Assembly: GCA_021731695.1 (NCBI GenBank)
Contig: JAKFWZ010000078.1
Location: 25,073-89,072, forward strand
Direction of reading: 5' to 3'
DNA: 64,000 bases
Source of the DNA: Candidatus Daviesbacteria bacterium
GTDB taxonomy: Bacteria; Patescibacteriota; Microgenomatia; Daviesbacterales; UBA10151
A program made the translations under genes and the position numbers. The stretch's first letter is position 1; every line of letters starts with the position of its first letter. Below the pieces are notes generated by a model. It saw nothing but the letters and a program-made list of their open reading frames with translations, was not told the DNA's origin and did no database searches. This document shows, piece after piece, positions 18,239 to 28,079 of the stretch.

Positions 18239-19423
18239 TTAAAGTATTGAACTTATTTGTTCTGCAGAAATTCTACCTCTATGAACGAAATCGTTTACTA
18301 TTTCAAGCTCTCGACGCCTCTTCTCTTTAGGGTCTTTTAGTACAGCAGCATTGATCCAATCTTGGTAAATCGCTGCTATTCTTCCAGACTCTCCAACCTC
18401 TCCAACCCCAAGTCGAAGTTTTACACTACTGTAAATTCTCATCATGTCTCCTAGCACAAGATGAGAAAATGGGATTTCACCAAGAGGATTATCAATAGAA
18501 AAATAGCCCTGAACGTATTTTGGATTTTTGCCTTCGTTAAGTATTAATTGATCTCCTTTTTTTGAGAAAGCTCGAAGCAATTCAGTATGTAAATACAAAT
18601 TAAATACATCCTCTATTGTTCGACCCGAAGAACTGTCCTCTAGAAGCGCTCCTATTCCATTTAATGCGTAAACCACTTTTGGAAAATTATCAGATGTACC
18701 AATATGAGAGGCTAGCGGTCTACCAGAACTTGGTTGAGATGGATTTTTAGATTCCATTTCAGTCACAAAAACTCCTGTTTTATTAAGTGCTCGATTATTA
18801 TTATCGATTATGAAGTTTATAGTTGCTATTAAATGGGGATCGTTTAAGAAATAAATAGAATCAGATACCCTCTTGAGATGATCTCGCATTCTAAAGCTAT
18901 CCGCAGGCTGAGATTCTAATCTTCTGCCATTTGAAAGCTCGTAAATTTTAATTTTATCTATTCCCTGATGAACGGTATTAACCTCAGAAGGAGCTGTTTT
19001 ACTTAGCTCTGGGCGTGGTGCCGAAAGAATACTTGCGCTTAAATTAGGATCTGTTAAGGGTTTTTCTTCTATAACTTCAGTTGGCGGGATAGTTGGTTCA
19101 ATAATATCGGCAATGCCTGGTGCAGCACCCAATTCGTCAGAGAAGTCATGCTGCCTATCTGGTGCAGCGGCGATGTCGGCGTAAGTGCCTTTTAAATTTA
19201 ATTTTGAAGGATCTCTAAGGGAAATTCTGGCAATCTCAACTGCGCCTTCCGGGATCACAAAATCAACAGCAGGTTTAATAGAACTTGCAGCTCTTATGGT
19301 ATCTGTTGTCGCCTGAGCATTAACATCTCTGCTGTCCAAAAGCATGGCTGCCATGCCCAAACTACCAGCTAGTGGAGCTAATTTTCTAGTTACCCTTGTA
19401 AGAAAATCTCTTTCAGTTAACAT
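18239..19423 (-). CDS. Hypothetical exported protein
   Basis: 394-aa ORF with a signal-like N-terminus ending VNA-QA; no family recognised. Confidence 0.6.
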   Translation of the reverse strand: MLTERDFLTRVTRKLAPLAGSLGMAAMLLDSRDVNAQATTDTIRAASSIKPAVDFVIPEGAVEIARISLRDPSKLNLKGTYADIAAAPDRQHDFSDELGAAPGIADIIEPTIPPTEVIEEKPLTDPNLSASILSAPRPELSKTAPSEVNTVHQGIDKIKIYELSNGRRLESQPADSFRMRDHLKRVSDSIYFLNDPHLIATINFIIDNNNRALNKTGVFVTEMESKNPSQPSSGRPLASHIGTSDNFPKVVYALNGIGALLEDSSSGRTIEDVFNLYLHTELLRAFSKKGDQLILNEGKNPKYVQGYFSIDNPLGEIPFSHLVLGDMMRIYSSVKLRLGVGEVGESGRIAAIYQDWINAAVLKDPKEKRRRELEIVNDFVHRGRISAEQISSIL

Positions 19424-19645
19424 TATTGTGTATTATCGCACACTATAAGTCCAAAATCAAATCTTTCGGGCTGAAATCGGCGTATTATTGAGAAAATTGG
19501 ACACAGAAAAGAAGTTGGAGCCTGAGAGTAATCTAATAAATAAGTCTTACTTAGTCTCATTTAGTGATTTATATCTAATGGCATTATACCACCGGCGTCA
19601 ATACTAAAAAAGCCTTAGTTATAAGATATTGCGCTTGGTACTGTT

Positions 19646-20158
19646 TTAAGGGGCTGTTGCTGAGGCGGATGCAGATTTAGGCGGCTGGTTTTTTAGGATT
19701 ACAACTGCGGTAGTCTGATATGTTTTTTGTTTTAACCCTTTTCGTGTAGTTAACTCTATTGTTTGTCCCTTTTGCAAATCTGAGGATGAAGCTGCAATGG
19801 TTTTATCCGCCTCTTTTATGCTAATTTTTGTCTTTGAATCTAGATAAAAAACTGATGGTATCCGTTTTCCCTTCAAATCTGTTGATAGCTGAATCATGTT
19901 TTGTTTATCAACTACTACATTTTCCAAATCCGTTACTTTTGCTTTAAGCGTGTAAACGAACCCGGCGCTTATTACAGCCGGATGATCCGGATCAATTGGC
20001 ACCAAATCATTTAAATTAGCAGATTTATCCGGGTTATTGGATTTTACCTGAGGGGAGGCTGTTTTTGGGGGATTACTGCCGTAAAAAAAGTAAATTCCGG
20101 CAAGAAAAGCAATAATAAGAACAACTAAAACCGCAAAAAAAAGCTTATTTCGGCTCAT
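19646..20158 (-). CDS. Single-TM small beta-domain protein; paralogue 2 of 5
   Basis: YTLKAKV...LSTDL...LDSKTK...DLQKGQTI...KGLK aligns with 29420-30085; SASASATAP tail. Confidence 0.7.
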   Translation of the reverse strand: MSRNKLFFAVLVVLIIAFLAGIYFFYGSNPPKTASPQVKSNNPDKSANLNDLVPIDPDHPAVISAGFVYTLKAKVTDLENVVVDKQNMIQLSTDLKGKRIPSVFYLDSKTKISIKEADKTIAASSSDLQKGQTIELTTRKGLKQKTYQTTAVVILKNQPPKSASASATAP

Positions 20159-20215
20159 GATTTATTTTCTGCTTATTTATTCCTCAATGTCAAGTTATAT
20201 AATTGCACTAATAAA

Positions 20216-21415
20216 ATGTATTTTTATAAAGCCATTATTCTGGCTCTGCTATTTAGTATTCCGTTTGTTCCCATTCAACTAGACCCAATCATAAACTATC
20301 TAATTCATTTTTTAGCCATAATCCTTCTACCAATATTCCTGCCTCAACTTAAAAAAGACCTCCAGTCAAAAAATCTAATCACCATTTTTTTTATTGTTTT
20401 TCTGCTTTCCTCACTAATCTCCACATTTTTCTCCATTAACCCGGGAATAAGTCTTCGGATATTTTTTCTTTATCTATCTTATTTTGTGATATTTACCGCT
20501 TCAAAAAAGATTTTTAGCGAAAGATCTGATCAAAAACTTTTGGTAAGTTTATTAATACTGGCAACCTTATTTTTATCGCTTATATCCTTTTACAATACAG
20601 TTTTTCTAAACTACGTTAATAAAGATTTAATAGGATCAAGTTTTATGTGGCTTTATTATGGACACAACACACTGGCAAATCTGCTTCTTTATATAATCCC
20701 CTTATCGGTTTATTTCCTTCACTTAACATGGGAAAACTCTGTTAAAAGATATTTACTTTCCTTAATAACTGTTTTTTTGCTAATAAGCTTTTATTTGACA
20801 TTTGCCAGGGGAGCTTATCTGGCTCTTATCTTTTCCTTAATAATTACCATACTGCTATTCATAGATTTTTCTAAGAGCAATGTTAGATTGAGTTTAGTTA
20901 TTTTTTTATGGTTGTTAATGATCTCCTTCTTTTCCATAAATCTAATAGCATCAAATTTGAATTTGCATAAATCTGCTAATTTAATATCTGGTAGAGATAT
21001 CTACTGGCAGGAGGCTTTGAAAAATTTTCAGACAAAACCTTTAACCGGAACGGGTCTTAATACTTATAAAATTGTAAGCTTTAAGCAAACAAAAAAAGGT
21101 ATATTAAAAACCGACTCCGCTCATAACTTTTTCCTGCAAATGCTTTCTGATGGGGGAATATTGCTATTTTTATCGAGTATAGGATTAGTCGTAAGCTTAA
21201 TTATTTCAATCTTCAAAAAAATCAAACAAGTTTGTCGCTTCGCGATAAAAGAGCAAAAAAAAGATTATTTCTTACTATCGCTTTGGGTAGGATTTGTAAG
21301 TTCAATCTTGTATAATCTGGTGGATATTGGCTGGCAACTGCCTTTCTGTTTTCTCATTTTCTGGATAATCTCTGCCATTTTAATTCAAGATGAAAACCAT
21401 CTCAAACAAAGCTAA
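20216..21415 (+). CDS. O-antigen ligase / O-oligosaccharyltransferase-like (Wzy_C) membrane protein
   Basis: About 12 TMs; TFARGA, R..YW, PLTGTGLNTY, AHNFFLQMLSDGG. Confidence 0.85.
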   Translation: MYFYKAIILALLFSIPFVPIQLDPIINYLIHFLAIILLPIFLPQLKKDLQSKNLITIFFIVFLLSSLISTFFSINPGISLRIFFLYLSYFVIFTASKKIFSERSDQKLLVSLLILATLFLSLISFYNTVFLNYVNKDLIGSSFMWLYYGHNTLANLLLYIIPLSVYFLHLTWENSVKRYLLSLITVFLLISFYLTFARGAYLALIFSLIITILLFIDFSKSNVRLSLVIFLWLLMISFFSINLIASNLNLHKSANLISGRDIYWQEALKNFQTKPLTGTGLNTYKIVSFKQTKKGILKTDSAHNFFLQMLSDGGILLFLSSIGLVVSLIISIFKKIKQVCRFAIKEQKKDYFLLSLWVGFVSSILYNLVDIGWQLPFCFLIFWIISAILIQDENHLKQS

Positions 21416-22379
21416 ATTTACAATTGTTATTCCAACAATCAGAGAAAATAATATTAATGAATTTCTCTCTAAGTGGCAGCATGAGTTCAAAGGTCAAGAC
21501 ATATTAATTATAGAAGACAACCCAACTAAAACTTTTAATCTCCCTAGTTGGGTAGCTCACTTTTCTTGGGAGGACATAGACAAAGAGTTAGGTAAAGATT
21601 CCTGGATAATCCCCAGAAGAGTTGCTGGCATCAGATCTTACGGCTTTTTAAAAGCCTGGCAAAAAAAATCTCAATATATTTTAACTTTAGATGATGACTG
21701 TCTTCCTGAAAAATATGAAGAAAAGTTTCTATCTCTAGTAGAAAAAGCTTTAGAAACAAAATGGGATTCAGATCAGTGGTGGAATACAGTTAAAGGCTTC
21801 TACCCTAGGGGTTACCCCTACAAAATTAGAAAACTAAAACAGGAAACTATTATTCATCATGGACTTTGGTCAAATATCCCAGACCTAGATGGCATCACCC
21901 AAAAACAAAATCCAAACTTAAGAACTGAGCCATTCGCTAAAGTTGAAAAAGTACCTTTTGGAAAGTTTTATTCAATGTGTTCAATGAACTTAAGCTTTAA
22001 AATAAAAGCTGTTCCCATGCTGTACTTTCTTTTAATGAGTGAAGATAGACAAGGGAATAAGTGGGAATATGATAGGTTTGATGATATCTGGGCGGGAATT
22101 TTTTCCAAAAAAATAGCAGACCACTTAGGGTTCGCTATCTCCTCAGGTGCCCCATCTGTTATTCATACCAGGGCATCAAATGTTGATACTAATATTCAAA
22201 AAGAAAAAAAGGGTATAGAGGTAAATGAATGGATATGGGAAAAAATTTCCAAAATCAAATTTCACTCAAATGATCTTAAAGGTTGTTATCTTGAGGTTGC
22301 AGAAGAGATAGAAAATATAAATCCATATTTCAAAAAATTATCACAGGCCATGAAGACCTGGATTAGTCTACTAAAATAA
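21390..22379 (+). CDS. Reversibly glycosylated polypeptide / UDP-arabinopyranose mutase (GT75) homologue
   Basis: IVIPTIR, RSYGF, LDDDC, PRGYPY, HGLWSNIPDLD, MCSMNLSF, RFDDIWAG. Confidence 0.82.
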   Translation: MKTISNKAKFTIVIPTIRENNINEFLSKWQHEFKGQDILIIEDNPTKTFNLPSWVAHFSWEDIDKELGKDSWIIPRRVAGIRSYGFLKAWQKKSQYILTLDDDCLPEKYEEKFLSLVEKALETKWDSDQWWNTVKGFYPRGYPYKIRKLKQETIIHHGLWSNIPDLDGITQKQNPNLRTEPFAKVEKVPFGKFYSMCSMNLSFKIKAVPMLYFLLMSEDRQGNKWEYDRFDDIWAGIFSKKIADHLGFAISSGAPSVIHTRASNVDTNIQKEKKGIEVNEWIWEKISKIKFHSNDLKGCYLEVAEEIENINPYFKKLSQAMKTWISLLK

Positions 22380-23149
22380 TGAAAAAAAGATTTTTTAAAA
22401 CTAAGCAAATATTTGATATACCTGTTGCCAATACCTCACTTAAAGAAATAATACCTTTGATTAATACCCTAATTGAAACTTCTAATAAAAAAACTTTTTT
22501 TGGTTTGAACTCACATAATTTATCAGTAAGTCTAAAGAACAAAGGTTATAAGCAAGCCCTGCAAAAAGCAACTATGGTTTATCCTGAAGGGATAGGGACT
22601 ATTATAATTTCAAATATAGTGGGTAGCAAACTAAAGGGAAAAACCACTCTAATGGATTTTATTTATGAAATTTTGTCATCTGCCGAAAAAAATAAATGGT
22701 CAGTTTATTTGCTGGGAGGCAAACCTAATATCGCAAAAGAGGCTGTAGCTGAAATAAAAAAAAAATTTCCTAAAATTAAAATTTCAGGATCAGATCATGG
22801 CTATTTTAAACCCAATCAGGAAAGCAGTATTATTGGTAAAATCAATAAAACCAACACGGATATTCTATTCGTGGCGTTAGGGTCTCCAACCCAGGAACTA
22901 TGGATTGACAGAAATTTAGAAAAAATAAAAGCAAAAGCATTCTTTGGGATTGGGGGATCAATAGATCATCTGTCAGGCAAAATTCCCAGAGCTCCAGCAT
23001 GGATGCACAAGCATGGTTTGGAATGGATTTTTCGCTTAATCAAAGAACCAAAAAGATTATGGAGACGCTATTTATTGGAAAACTTCATTCTTTTAGGAAT
23101 AGTTATGAAAGAAGTTTTGAGTGATAATAATAATGAAGAGAGTTTTTGA
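22379..23149 (+). CDS. WecB/TagA/CpsF family glycosyltransferase (GT26)
   Basis: YLLGG, HGYF, VALGSPTQE, GIGGSID, RAPAWM..GLEWIFRL.KEPKRLWRRY. Confidence 0.92.
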   Translation: MKKRFFKTKQIFDIPVANTSLKEIIPLINTLIETSNKKTFFGLNSHNLSVSLKNKGYKQALQKATMVYPEGIGTIIISNIVGSKLKGKTTLMDFIYEILSSAEKNKWSVYLLGGKPNIAKEAVAEIKKKFPKIKISGSDHGYFKPNQESSIIGKINKTNTDILFVALGSPTQELWIDRNLEKIKAKAFFGIGGSIDHLSGKIPRAPAWMHKHGLEWIFRLIKEPKRLWRRYLLENFILLGIVMKEVLSDNNNEESF

Positions 23150-23759
23150 TATTTCCATAAGTTTTTTGCTACTAATTTTTCTGATTCCCCTCTGGCTGAT
23201 TTTATTTCTAGTTTTAAAAATTTTTTCACCAGGACCCTTCATCTTTACTCAGCTGCGAATGGGCAAAAATAGCAAGCCCTTTAAAATTTATAAAATCAGG
23301 ACCATGATAAGGGACGCTGAGGAAAAAAAGAAGTCACTCCTGAAATTTAATGAAGTCCAAGCACCAGTTTTTAAAATTAAGAACGATCCAAGGTTCATTA
23401 AATTTGGCAAAGTCTTATCCAGTACCGGCCTTGATGAGTCTATTCAAGTATTGAATGTTTTAAAAGGGGAGATGTCCTTAGTTGGTCCTCGACCATTGCC
23501 TATTAGTGAAGCCAAAAAACTGCCTATTAAATATAAAAAACGCTTTTCCTCACTCCCAGGAATTACCTCAGAATGGGTGATTGAAGGGGCTCACCATATG
23601 AGCTTAAAGCAATGGATGAATTTAGATTTAGAATATGTTAAAAAGGGAAATATCTTTTTTGATTGTTACATTTTATTTGCAACTCTTGAAATAATCTCAA
23701 AAAAACTTATAAACTATGGAAAAGAAATTAATAAAAAACCCAGTCCCCCTAAAGATTAA
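23133..23759 (+). CDS. Initiating polyprenyl-phosphate sugar-1-phosphate transferase (small WcaJ/PglC type)
   Basis: KRVFDI, FKIYKIRTM, DPR, LDE..Q..NVLKGEMSLVGPRP, PGIT. Confidence 0.92.
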   Translation: MKRVFDISISFLLLIFLIPLWLILFLVLKIFSPGPFIFTQLRMGKNSKPFKIYKIRTMIRDAEEKKKSLLKFNEVQAPVFKIKNDPRFIKFGKVLSSTGLDESIQVLNVLKGEMSLVGPRPLPISEAKKLPIKYKKRFSSLPGITSEWVIEGAHHMSLKQWMNLDLEYVKKGNIFFDCYILFATLEIISKKLINYGKEINKKPSPPKD

Positions 23760-25746
23760 AAACATTATTTTTATTATTGCTGACACCTTAAGGTTTAAAA
23801 GCACTGGCCTTAGTGGTCTCAACCCATCGCCAACCCCGTTTATAGATTATTTAGCCAGCATGGGTATCAATTTTACTAATGCTTATGCATCCATCACCTG
23901 CACAGATCCTTCTATCACATCTTTGATGAGTGGGAAATATCCCTTATCAATTGGTCTTGTAAACCATGCTAGATTTGTCACGGAAGAAGAAAAAAGCAAT
24001 ATTCATAATTTAGTTTTACTCCCAGAAATATTGAGTAAAAATGGATTTAAAACCATAGCTATAGATTGGGTAGGAAGATGGCATAAAAAAGGTTATCAAT
24101 TCTACTCAAATGGATTAAGCAGTTCTACAAGAAGCGACTTTATTATGGATAAAATTCCCTCACTAGCTATTTTAATGAGAAGTTTTGATAAAATTTCTCT
24201 GAGAACTTTAAACAGAGAATTTTTCATCAACGGTTATTATGCTTTTTACCCAAATCCCAAAATACCGTATGATCCCGCTGATAGAGTAGTTGATGAAGCT
24301 ATTATTAAGTTAAAAAAAAATGAAAAACAAAAAAAATTTATTTATCTTCACCTTTGGGATGCACATTGGCCACACACAAGGTCAACAGGATTGAGCTCTT
24401 ATTTAAAAAACTCTATTGAAGATACATATTTAGCTGAAGTTAGTTTTCTAGATCAGCAATTAGCTCGGCTATTCGCTTATCTAAAACAGTCTGATAAGTT
24501 GAGTGAAACTTTAATAATTTTTACAGCCGACCATGGAGAGAATTTTTACGAACATGATAACCCCCTAACTCATCAAAATTTATATGAGGATGTTGTAAAA
24601 ATTCCTTTAATTCTCTATCATCCCAATCTCAAGCAAAAAAAAACTTCTTCTTTAGTCCAACATACCGATATTTTCCCCACAATACTTGAATTTCTAAAGA
24701 TAAAGTTTAATCAAAAAATTGATGGAGTCAGTCTATTACCACTAATCAATTCCACCAAACAAAGTATTCATAAAGTCGTTTTTTTTGAAGATATAGTTTA
24801 TAGAAGAATAAAATTTAGCAATTTTGTTAAAAGAAGAAGGGGATTAAGAAACAAAAAATATAAATACATCGCCACCTATAAAGGCTCGGAAAAAGAGATA
24901 TATAAAATTAACCTCAGGGAAGACCAGAAAATTTATTCTGAAGAACTTTATGATCTGAGTAAAGATCCTTTAGAGCAATTAAATATAGCAAATATTAAGC
25001 CCAACATAATTAAATCATTAAGAAAAGATTTAACAAAAACTGTACTCCACCAAAATTTTAATAGAATAATAAATGATCCTCTAATCGGTTCAAAAGTTAA
25101 GAATTCAGTTTCAATTCTTAAACAGGCATTTAGAAAATATCCAAGCAAAAAACTAATCATAGCCTGGAAAGGAGGTAAAGATACCACAGTTATGATGCAT
25201 ATTATTCGTTGCATCTTTAAAGAGGAAATACCTATCAGGGTTTTTTTTAATGATACAACTTTGGAGTTTAAGGAGACGTATCAATTTATTGAAAAAATAA
25301 AAAAACTATGGAACCTTAATTTAGTAGTAATCAAACACGATAAAAAAGAACTTTTAGAGTACTACAAAACTAAAGATTTAAATAAAAAGAAAGAACTTTC
25401 CAGAATAATGAAAATTACAGTAATAAATAAAGCTCTTGAAAAATACAAATTAAAAGGTTTCTTGCTTGGGATAAGGAAAGATGAAAATCCAGCTAGGAAA
25501 AACGAAAAATACTTTTCAAAAAGAAAAAACCATATTAGAATCCATCCCTTACTTGATTGGACTGAATCAGACATCTGGTACTACACCCAAAATATGGGAG
25601 TCCCATACTCGGTACTTTATGATCAAGGATATCGTTCAGTTGGAGAACAACCCTTTACTTCTAAATCTTACTCAAATGAAAGATCTGGAAGAGAGCAAGA
25701 AAAAGAAGCATCAATGGGAAGACTCAGAAAACTCGGGTATTGGTAA
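23716..25746 (+). CDS. Fusion: alkaline-phosphatase/sulfatase-fold domain plus CysD/PAPS-reductase-family adenylyltransferase domain
   Basis: N-part: IIADTLR, TDPSITSLMSG, DAHWPH, TADHGE, DIFPT, ELYDL.KDP.E..N. C-part: WKGGKDT, DT.LEF.ET, GIRKDE...R..EKYFS, HPLLDWTE.DIW, GYRSVG, ERSGR, LGYW. Confidence 0.85.
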   Translation: MEKKLIKNPVPLKIKNIIFIIADTLRFKSTGLSGLNPSPTPFIDYLASMGINFTNAYASITCTDPSITSLMSGKYPLSIGLVNHARFVTEEEKSNIHNLVLLPEILSKNGFKTIAIDWVGRWHKKGYQFYSNGLSSSTRSDFIMDKIPSLAILMRSFDKISLRTLNREFFINGYYAFYPNPKIPYDPADRVVDEAIIKLKKNEKQKKFIYLHLWDAHWPHTRSTGLSSYLKNSIEDTYLAEVSFLDQQLARLFAYLKQSDKLSETLIIFTADHGENFYEHDNPLTHQNLYEDVVKIPLILYHPNLKQKKTSSLVQHTDIFPTILEFLKIKFNQKIDGVSLLPLINSTKQSIHKVVFFEDIVYRRIKFSNFVKRRRGLRNKKYKYIATYKGSEKEIYKINLREDQKIYSEELYDLSKDPLEQLNIANIKPNIIKSLRKDLTKTVLHQNFNRIINDPLIGSKVKNSVSILKQAFRKYPSKKLIIAWKGGKDTTVMMHIIRCIFKEEIPIRVFFNDTTLEFKETYQFIEKIKKLWNLNLVVIKHDKKELLEYYKTKDLNKKKELSRIMKITVINKALEKYKLKGFLLGIRKDENPARKNEKYFSKRKNHIRIHPLLDWTESDIWYYTQNMGVPYSVLYDQGYRSVGEQPFTSKSYSNERSGREQEKEASMGRLRKLGYW

Positions 25747-27214
25747 CTTTACTAGATCTCGATTTAGACAGGATATTTATTAGTAAACCGAGCATTAGAA
25801 AAAAAAGTATTCCAACTCTATCTCCAAATGATCTCATTGTCATAAGGCTGTTGAAAAAAAACGTTATATAAGACGCAAATAGAACAAGTGAAAGTTGCTT
25901 TTTCTCCTCAGGAACGAAGCGAATAAAATGCAATATAAAAAAGAAAGATGTCACTGAAAAAACGGACACTATCAATAGTCCAGTTAATCCTTGTTCTGTG
26001 GCAATTAGCAGCTGAAAGTTATGCACAGCAGCAAGAAATTTTGTTGAAGTATCTGACTCTGTAAAGTCATAATTTGCAAAATAATACAAAAACCCACCTC
26101 CGCCAACTCCCAACAAAGGATTACTTCTAATAATCTGAACAGATTGATCCACTAATTCTTCTCTAGTCAAAAGACTATTATCTTCCAAACTGAAGCTTAG
26201 AAATCGATTAGTTCCAAAGCCACTAATTACCATTACTGAAAAAATCAACACTATAGCCAAAAAGTCAATTTTTATCTCCTCAAAAATTTTTCTAATACTT
26301 ATGACTCCGTATCTCCAAAGTAAAAAAATTGTAGTCGCATAAGCAAAAATACAGCTCACTAAGCCCCATCTAGATAAAGCAATAAGTGAAGTAAAAATAC
26401 AAGCAAAAAATGCTAAGTGACCACCAGTCCTATACCATTTATTAGGTGATAAAAACGATAAAACAGCAATGGGTAAAAGAAGAGCTAAATAATTGGTCAA
26501 ATAATTAGGATGAGATAATGTACCGACAACTCTAAACGATGCATATTGAATAGGTCGATTAACTGCTTGATGAGCGTAATTTAAACGGTCGACGCTCTCT
26601 AAAGGTATTCCAATAACCCCACCATATATAAACTGAAAAAAAGAAATAATCCCTTCCAAGAAAATTGTTCCAAGTAAGCCAACTACAATAAAAGAGATTG
26701 CCTGTCTATTAAGGTTGAGCCGGGAGAACACAAAGTAAACTGATAAACTCAAAATAAATTTTAATAACCAAACTGAAGAAGCATCCAAATCAACCCCATT
26801 TAAAATAGAAATTTCCGAAATAATTAAAAAGAATAGTAGTACTAACTCAAAAAAGAAAAGCCTTATTTTTTGATGACTTAAATTGTATTGTCTCACCAAA
26901 AAAAAAGCTAAAAAAACCAGTAACAAGTTAGCAAATGATAAAAAAACAATTCCATATTGACTTTGACTTAAATTAATCTTTTGAGAGGATATGTTAGATA
27001 ATTGGATCTGAGAACTAGGAGCAATTGGTAAAAAAATAATAAATAAAAACAAAACAAGAGGTAGCAAGTTAACCTTATAAATTAAAAATCTTGATAAAAC
27101 TCTAGAAAATAACTTGTAGGACTTGCTTGAAATGGAATTTGTTAAAAAAGCATTGATAATAAAACTGGAATATTCATGGTCAATGGATAAACTTTTGGTT
27201 TTTTTAATTATCAT
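25724..27214 (-). CDS. Second O-antigen ligase / O-OTase-like protein
   Basis: RVVGTLSHPN, LSRWG, PLLGVGGGGF, VHNFQLLIATEQGLTG. Confidence 0.85.
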   Translation of the reverse strand: MIIKKTKSLSIDHEYSSFIINAFLTNSISSKSYKLFSRVLSRFLIYKVNLLPLVLFLFIIFLPIAPSSQIQLSNISSQKINLSQSQYGIVFLSFANLLLVFLAFFLVRQYNLSHQKIRLFFFELVLLFFLIISEISILNGVDLDASSVWLLKFILSLSVYFVFSRLNLNRQAISFIVVGLLGTIFLEGIISFFQFIYGGVIGIPLESVDRLNYAHQAVNRPIQYASFRVVGTLSHPNYLTNYLALLLPIAVLSFLSPNKWYRTGGHLAFFACIFTSLIALSRWGLVSCIFAYATTIFLLWRYGVISIRKIFEEIKIDFLAIVLIFSVMVISGFGTNRFLSFSLEDNSLLTREELVDQSVQIIRSNPLLGVGGGGFLYYFANYDFTESDTSTKFLAAVHNFQLLIATEQGLTGLLIVSVFSVTSFFFILHFIRFVPEEKKQLSLVLFASYITFFFNSLMTMRSFGDRVGILFFLMLGLLINILSKSRSSKVTNTRVF

Positions 27215-28017
27215 TTAACACCAACTATATAAGCCTCAGTAATCTTTGTCCCATTGCTCACAAAAGAAACTTTTTCGCCTATAATTATTGCCTGATCCTT
27301 TTTAAAAACGATGGTATTGCCAAATTTTTGAACTAGCATCTTAACTCTTAAAGTTATGTCAACTTTTTGAGGATCAGTAGTTAGAATCTTCTGTCCATTA
27401 GCATCATCCACTGTAATTTCAGCAGGTACTACTTTTTTTTCTAAAATCTCGACCCTTGCTTGTGGATTCTCTAGATTAGTCATAACGCCAGGTTTAATGC
27501 TATCTGCATACCATGGCCACTGACCATAAATCTTAAGTGCTACTTCAATAGGTTCAAACTTTTCCTCAGTACTACTATCTTCTCTAATTTCAGAAATAGT
27601 TCCATTAATTTGTCCATTAGTCAGCCTTAGCTCAATAGGGGAACCAACTTTAATTATTTTATTTTTATATTCATATTCACCAGTTCTGGAATTAATCTTT
27701 GTTTTAAGCTTTAACTGAACCCTAATATCTTTATTAGAAGTTGGTCCATTAGTTGCATTAACAGAAGATTGTAAATTGCTATAAGTAATTACATCTGAAA
27801 CTTCAGCTATAGTCTCCCCAGTTGGACTTTTCTCAATATCTCCCTCTTTTACAGAATAAGCTCTAAATACTGGAATATTTGCGTCCATCACCTCAACATT
27901 TATCCATTTTTCTTCAGGATTCAGAAACTTATATAATATAAACCCACCCAAAATAACTATGATAATAATCAAATAATCCAGCAGCTTTAGTTTTCTAAGT
28001 AGGGAAGTGAGTTTCAT
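27211..28017 (-). CDS. Membrane-anchored protein with tandem DUF4330-like domains
   Basis: LDYLIIII TM; repeated (S)(V/I)K.G ... (K)D(I)...L ... (I)(K/I)(V/I)G pattern. ATG 28017 preferred. Confidence 0.65.
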   Translation of the reverse strand: MKLTSLLRKLKLLDYLIIIIVILGGFILYKFLNPEEKWINVEVMDANIPVFRAYSVKEGDIEKSPTGETIAEVSDVITYSNLQSSVNATNGPTSNKDIRVQLKLKTKINSRTGEYEYKNKIIKVGSPIELRLTNGQINGTISEIREDSSTEEKFEPIEVALKIYGQWPWYADSIKPGVMTNLENPQARVEILEKKVVPAEITVDDANGQKILTTDPQKVDITLRVKMLVQKFGNTIVFKKDQAIIIGEKVSFVSNGTKITEAYIVGVK

Positions 28018-28079
28018 CAAGTGTAAACCTATCTTAAATAGATTTCCCAAAAAGTCAACTTATCTGTTAAAATCACAAA

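Noticed and set aside
18239-19423. Tat substrate (TERDFL resembles SRRxFL)
   Set aside because: The first Arg is Glu and no tat genes are visible, so it cannot be supported.
23716-25080. Classical formylglycine sulfatase
   Set aside because: The motif is CTDPSI, not CxPxR, and no maturase is in the window; only the fold is called.
25080-25746. PAPS/APS reductase CysH
   Set aside because: No C-terminal ECGLH and no Fe-S cysteine motifs; the ending resembles CysD.
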